In this document: in pieces, positions 62,120 to 64,000 of the stretch
Numbering within the stretch: position 1 is the first letter of the stretch
Layout of the letters: every line of letters begins with the position of its first letter
From: Azolla caroliniana
Lineage: Eukaryota > Plantae > Polypodiophyta
Reading direction: 5' to 3'
DNA: 64,000 nt
NCBI GenBank assembly: GCA_043228905.1
Contig: JBHGNT010000017.1
Location: forward strand, 10,044,001-10,108,000
Made by a program: the position numbers and the translations under genes
Notes under the pieces: generated by a model
The model's input: only the letters and a program-made list of their open reading frames with translations
Told to the model about the DNA's origin: nothing
The model's database searches: none

Positions 62120-62570
62120 TTCAACCAAGTCCTTTACCAAAGGACAGTCCAAACTCTACCGAGTTAAATGGACCACATGAGCCTTCAAGTGACCAAAGCA
62201 CGTCATGGCCACGTCTGAGATCGGACAAAGGCAAATGTAAGATGGCCGAATTTGAAGTAGAACAATCCAACAAACGTGATTCGGATGTTTCGACTCTCTC
62301 ACTCAATACTGAGTTTGGTGTACCCATTATGCAAACACCCGATGTAAAGAAGGCGTTGACATCGACAAACAAAAAACTCTAACTCTCATCTAAAGAGAAG
62401 AACTTGGTCTCTCGGTTTGGTACAATGATTATATGTCCCATCGCTATATGCCTTCATGATGAAGGTAGCAGTCGAACAAGATCCCGAAAGTTTTACGAAA
62501 GCAATTTGTAACCCTTGATGGATGGAAGTCATGGATGAAGAGATGCAAGCACTCGTCCTTCGACCATTTA
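62120..62570 (+). mobile_element. Copia INT-RT linker fragment
   Basis: KVAVEQDPESFTKAICNP*WMEVMDEEMQAL. Confidence 0.65.
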
Positions 62571-63162
62571 ACACTACAAGCCTTTGTCACAGGCTTAAGG
62601 AAATGGAACTAAAACTATTGTGGAAAGACCGATGAAAGATGGAAGCCGAACAGGAGAACCGGAAGACAAATGGAAACCGACAACACCGATAATCAAATAG
62701 GACGTTAGATACACTTGACCTCGAGGGGGCATAGTGAGATGTCAAGATTAACTAGGTTCAGATATTTCGTCAATTATATAACTTAGTAGTTACATAAATA
62801 GAATCTAGTTAGTGGATAAAGCCTTAAATAGGACTTTGTACTTAAGTGGGATACATTTAATATAGGACTTACATCCTTGTACCTATATTCTCCTCACACA
62901 TGTGCACCATTGCACATGAGATCTATACATACCTCATTGTGGGTACTTTTGTAACTTGATGAGGCTTATTAATATAGAGAAAGGTCTTTAGCTACACTCT
63001 TATTAATCATCCCCCATTTATCTTATTGTTCATAAGTGTAACTCCCTCTCCCTCTTTCCCTCTCACATACAACCACACATAACATAATCTTCCGCTACTT
63101 AATCACATACGTGATCAACTACTGATAATTAGGCACTAATTAACCCTGAGTTAATTACCTAA

Positions 63163-64000
63163 TGTAAAGATTTACATGCAGAAGCTAAAACATAGCACAA
63201 CCTGTTCAACTGAATAGCAACGGAGAAACACGGAGAAGAAGCAGAAATACAGTAAGCGGGAGGGACAGAGAGAGAGCAGAAGAATAAACTCAATTCAAAA
63301 TAATAATACATTCTATATACACAAATGTGCTCAGAGAGCACTTTTATACAAGTCCTTAAAGGAATAACAGTCCTTCAATGCTCATGAAAGAACCTCTAAT
63401 GGCCTACAGGCTCCCCACGGATCCAATTCCCCAATCCAGCTCTCCGGGCCTAGCCGATTGTTCTTCATCCGATCTGGCTCTCATCTTATTCAACTAGTCC
63501 GGCCCATGTTCAACTTGTTTCTCAACACTCCCCACAAGCTCAACTTGAGGTTCCTCATGCTCTACCGGTTCCTTGCCTCGGCTTCTCCTGCCAACTCATC
63601 TTTTGGCACGCACTCCTCGACCCATCCGGTCCCACGCTCTTCGACCTCCTCGGTCAGCTTGTCTGCTCATGAGACCCTTCTCAACACGCTCATTTTCACG
63701 GCTTTGACACCCCTCGACCCATCGACTCCTCTATCTTGGCATTGGCTTTGGCTGCCCTCTCATTTACTTGCCCTTCATATGATTCGGGTTCCCCTAATCA
63801 AACTTCTCGACTGAATCAGTTGTCTCCGATTCGTTCCCGCTCTTGTCCAAATTGGTTGTCTCCAAATCTTCCTCCTTCTTCAGGACCTTGACCACATCTA
63901 ACCATGTCTTGTTCTTGGTCTTTTTCTTTTGGTTGACTCTATCCTTCTTGACTTTGCCACCTCTGTCACCTGCTCCGGCTCTAATGGATGTTTCGATTTC
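63163..64000 (-). mobile_element. 3' LTR (63163-63527) and 3' internal region of a minus-strand Copia related to 31889-42611
   Basis: TGTAAAG...TCTCAACA followed by CTCCCACAAGCTCAACTTGAGGTTCC, matching 32333-32360; runs off the window. Confidence 0.75.

Noticed and set aside
62723-63110. Possible PPT (GAGGGGGCATAG) plus LTR
   Set aside because: No partner LTR, TSD or coding motif in the window, so boundaries cannot be supported.

Overview
Eukaryotic, most likely non-seed land-plant (moss, liverwort, lycophyte or fern-like; inferred from the retroelement lineages), repeat-dense DNA with no intact ordinary host gene. It is a nest of LTR retrotransposons whose ends and target-site duplications (TSDs) can mostly be read directly. 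(1) Two full-length non-chromovirus Ty3/Gypsy elements (645-10696 +; 14487-29980 -), each with a long extra coiled-coil ORF after pol. (2) A young Tnt1/Tork-like Ty1/Copia (19022-24368) inserted in the second Gypsy. (3) An old Tork-like Copia split three ways. (4) A minus-strand Copia (31889-42611) carrying a self-priming Tcn1-like chromovirus (34327-40094). (5) A pol-less, tRNA-Trp-primed LTR element with a 4-bp ACGT TSD (43437-46955) and a relic relative (60126-61032). (6) A further full-length Copia (54369-59696) and several fragments. Two observations stand out. First, both non-chromovirus Gypsy elements lack a polypurine tract; in its place each has a copy of a tRNA-Arg-like 3' half ending in CCA, interrupted by a covarying 13-nt hairpin, suggesting tRNA-primed plus-strand synthesis. 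Second, the DNA under the nest holds two diverged copies of an intron-containing gene with a ParB-like domain; the more complete copy fuses it to a prokaryote-type beta-class N6A/N4C DNA methyltransferase, and related palindromes lie upstream of both. All family and tRNA assignments are from motif recognition by eye; no searches were run.
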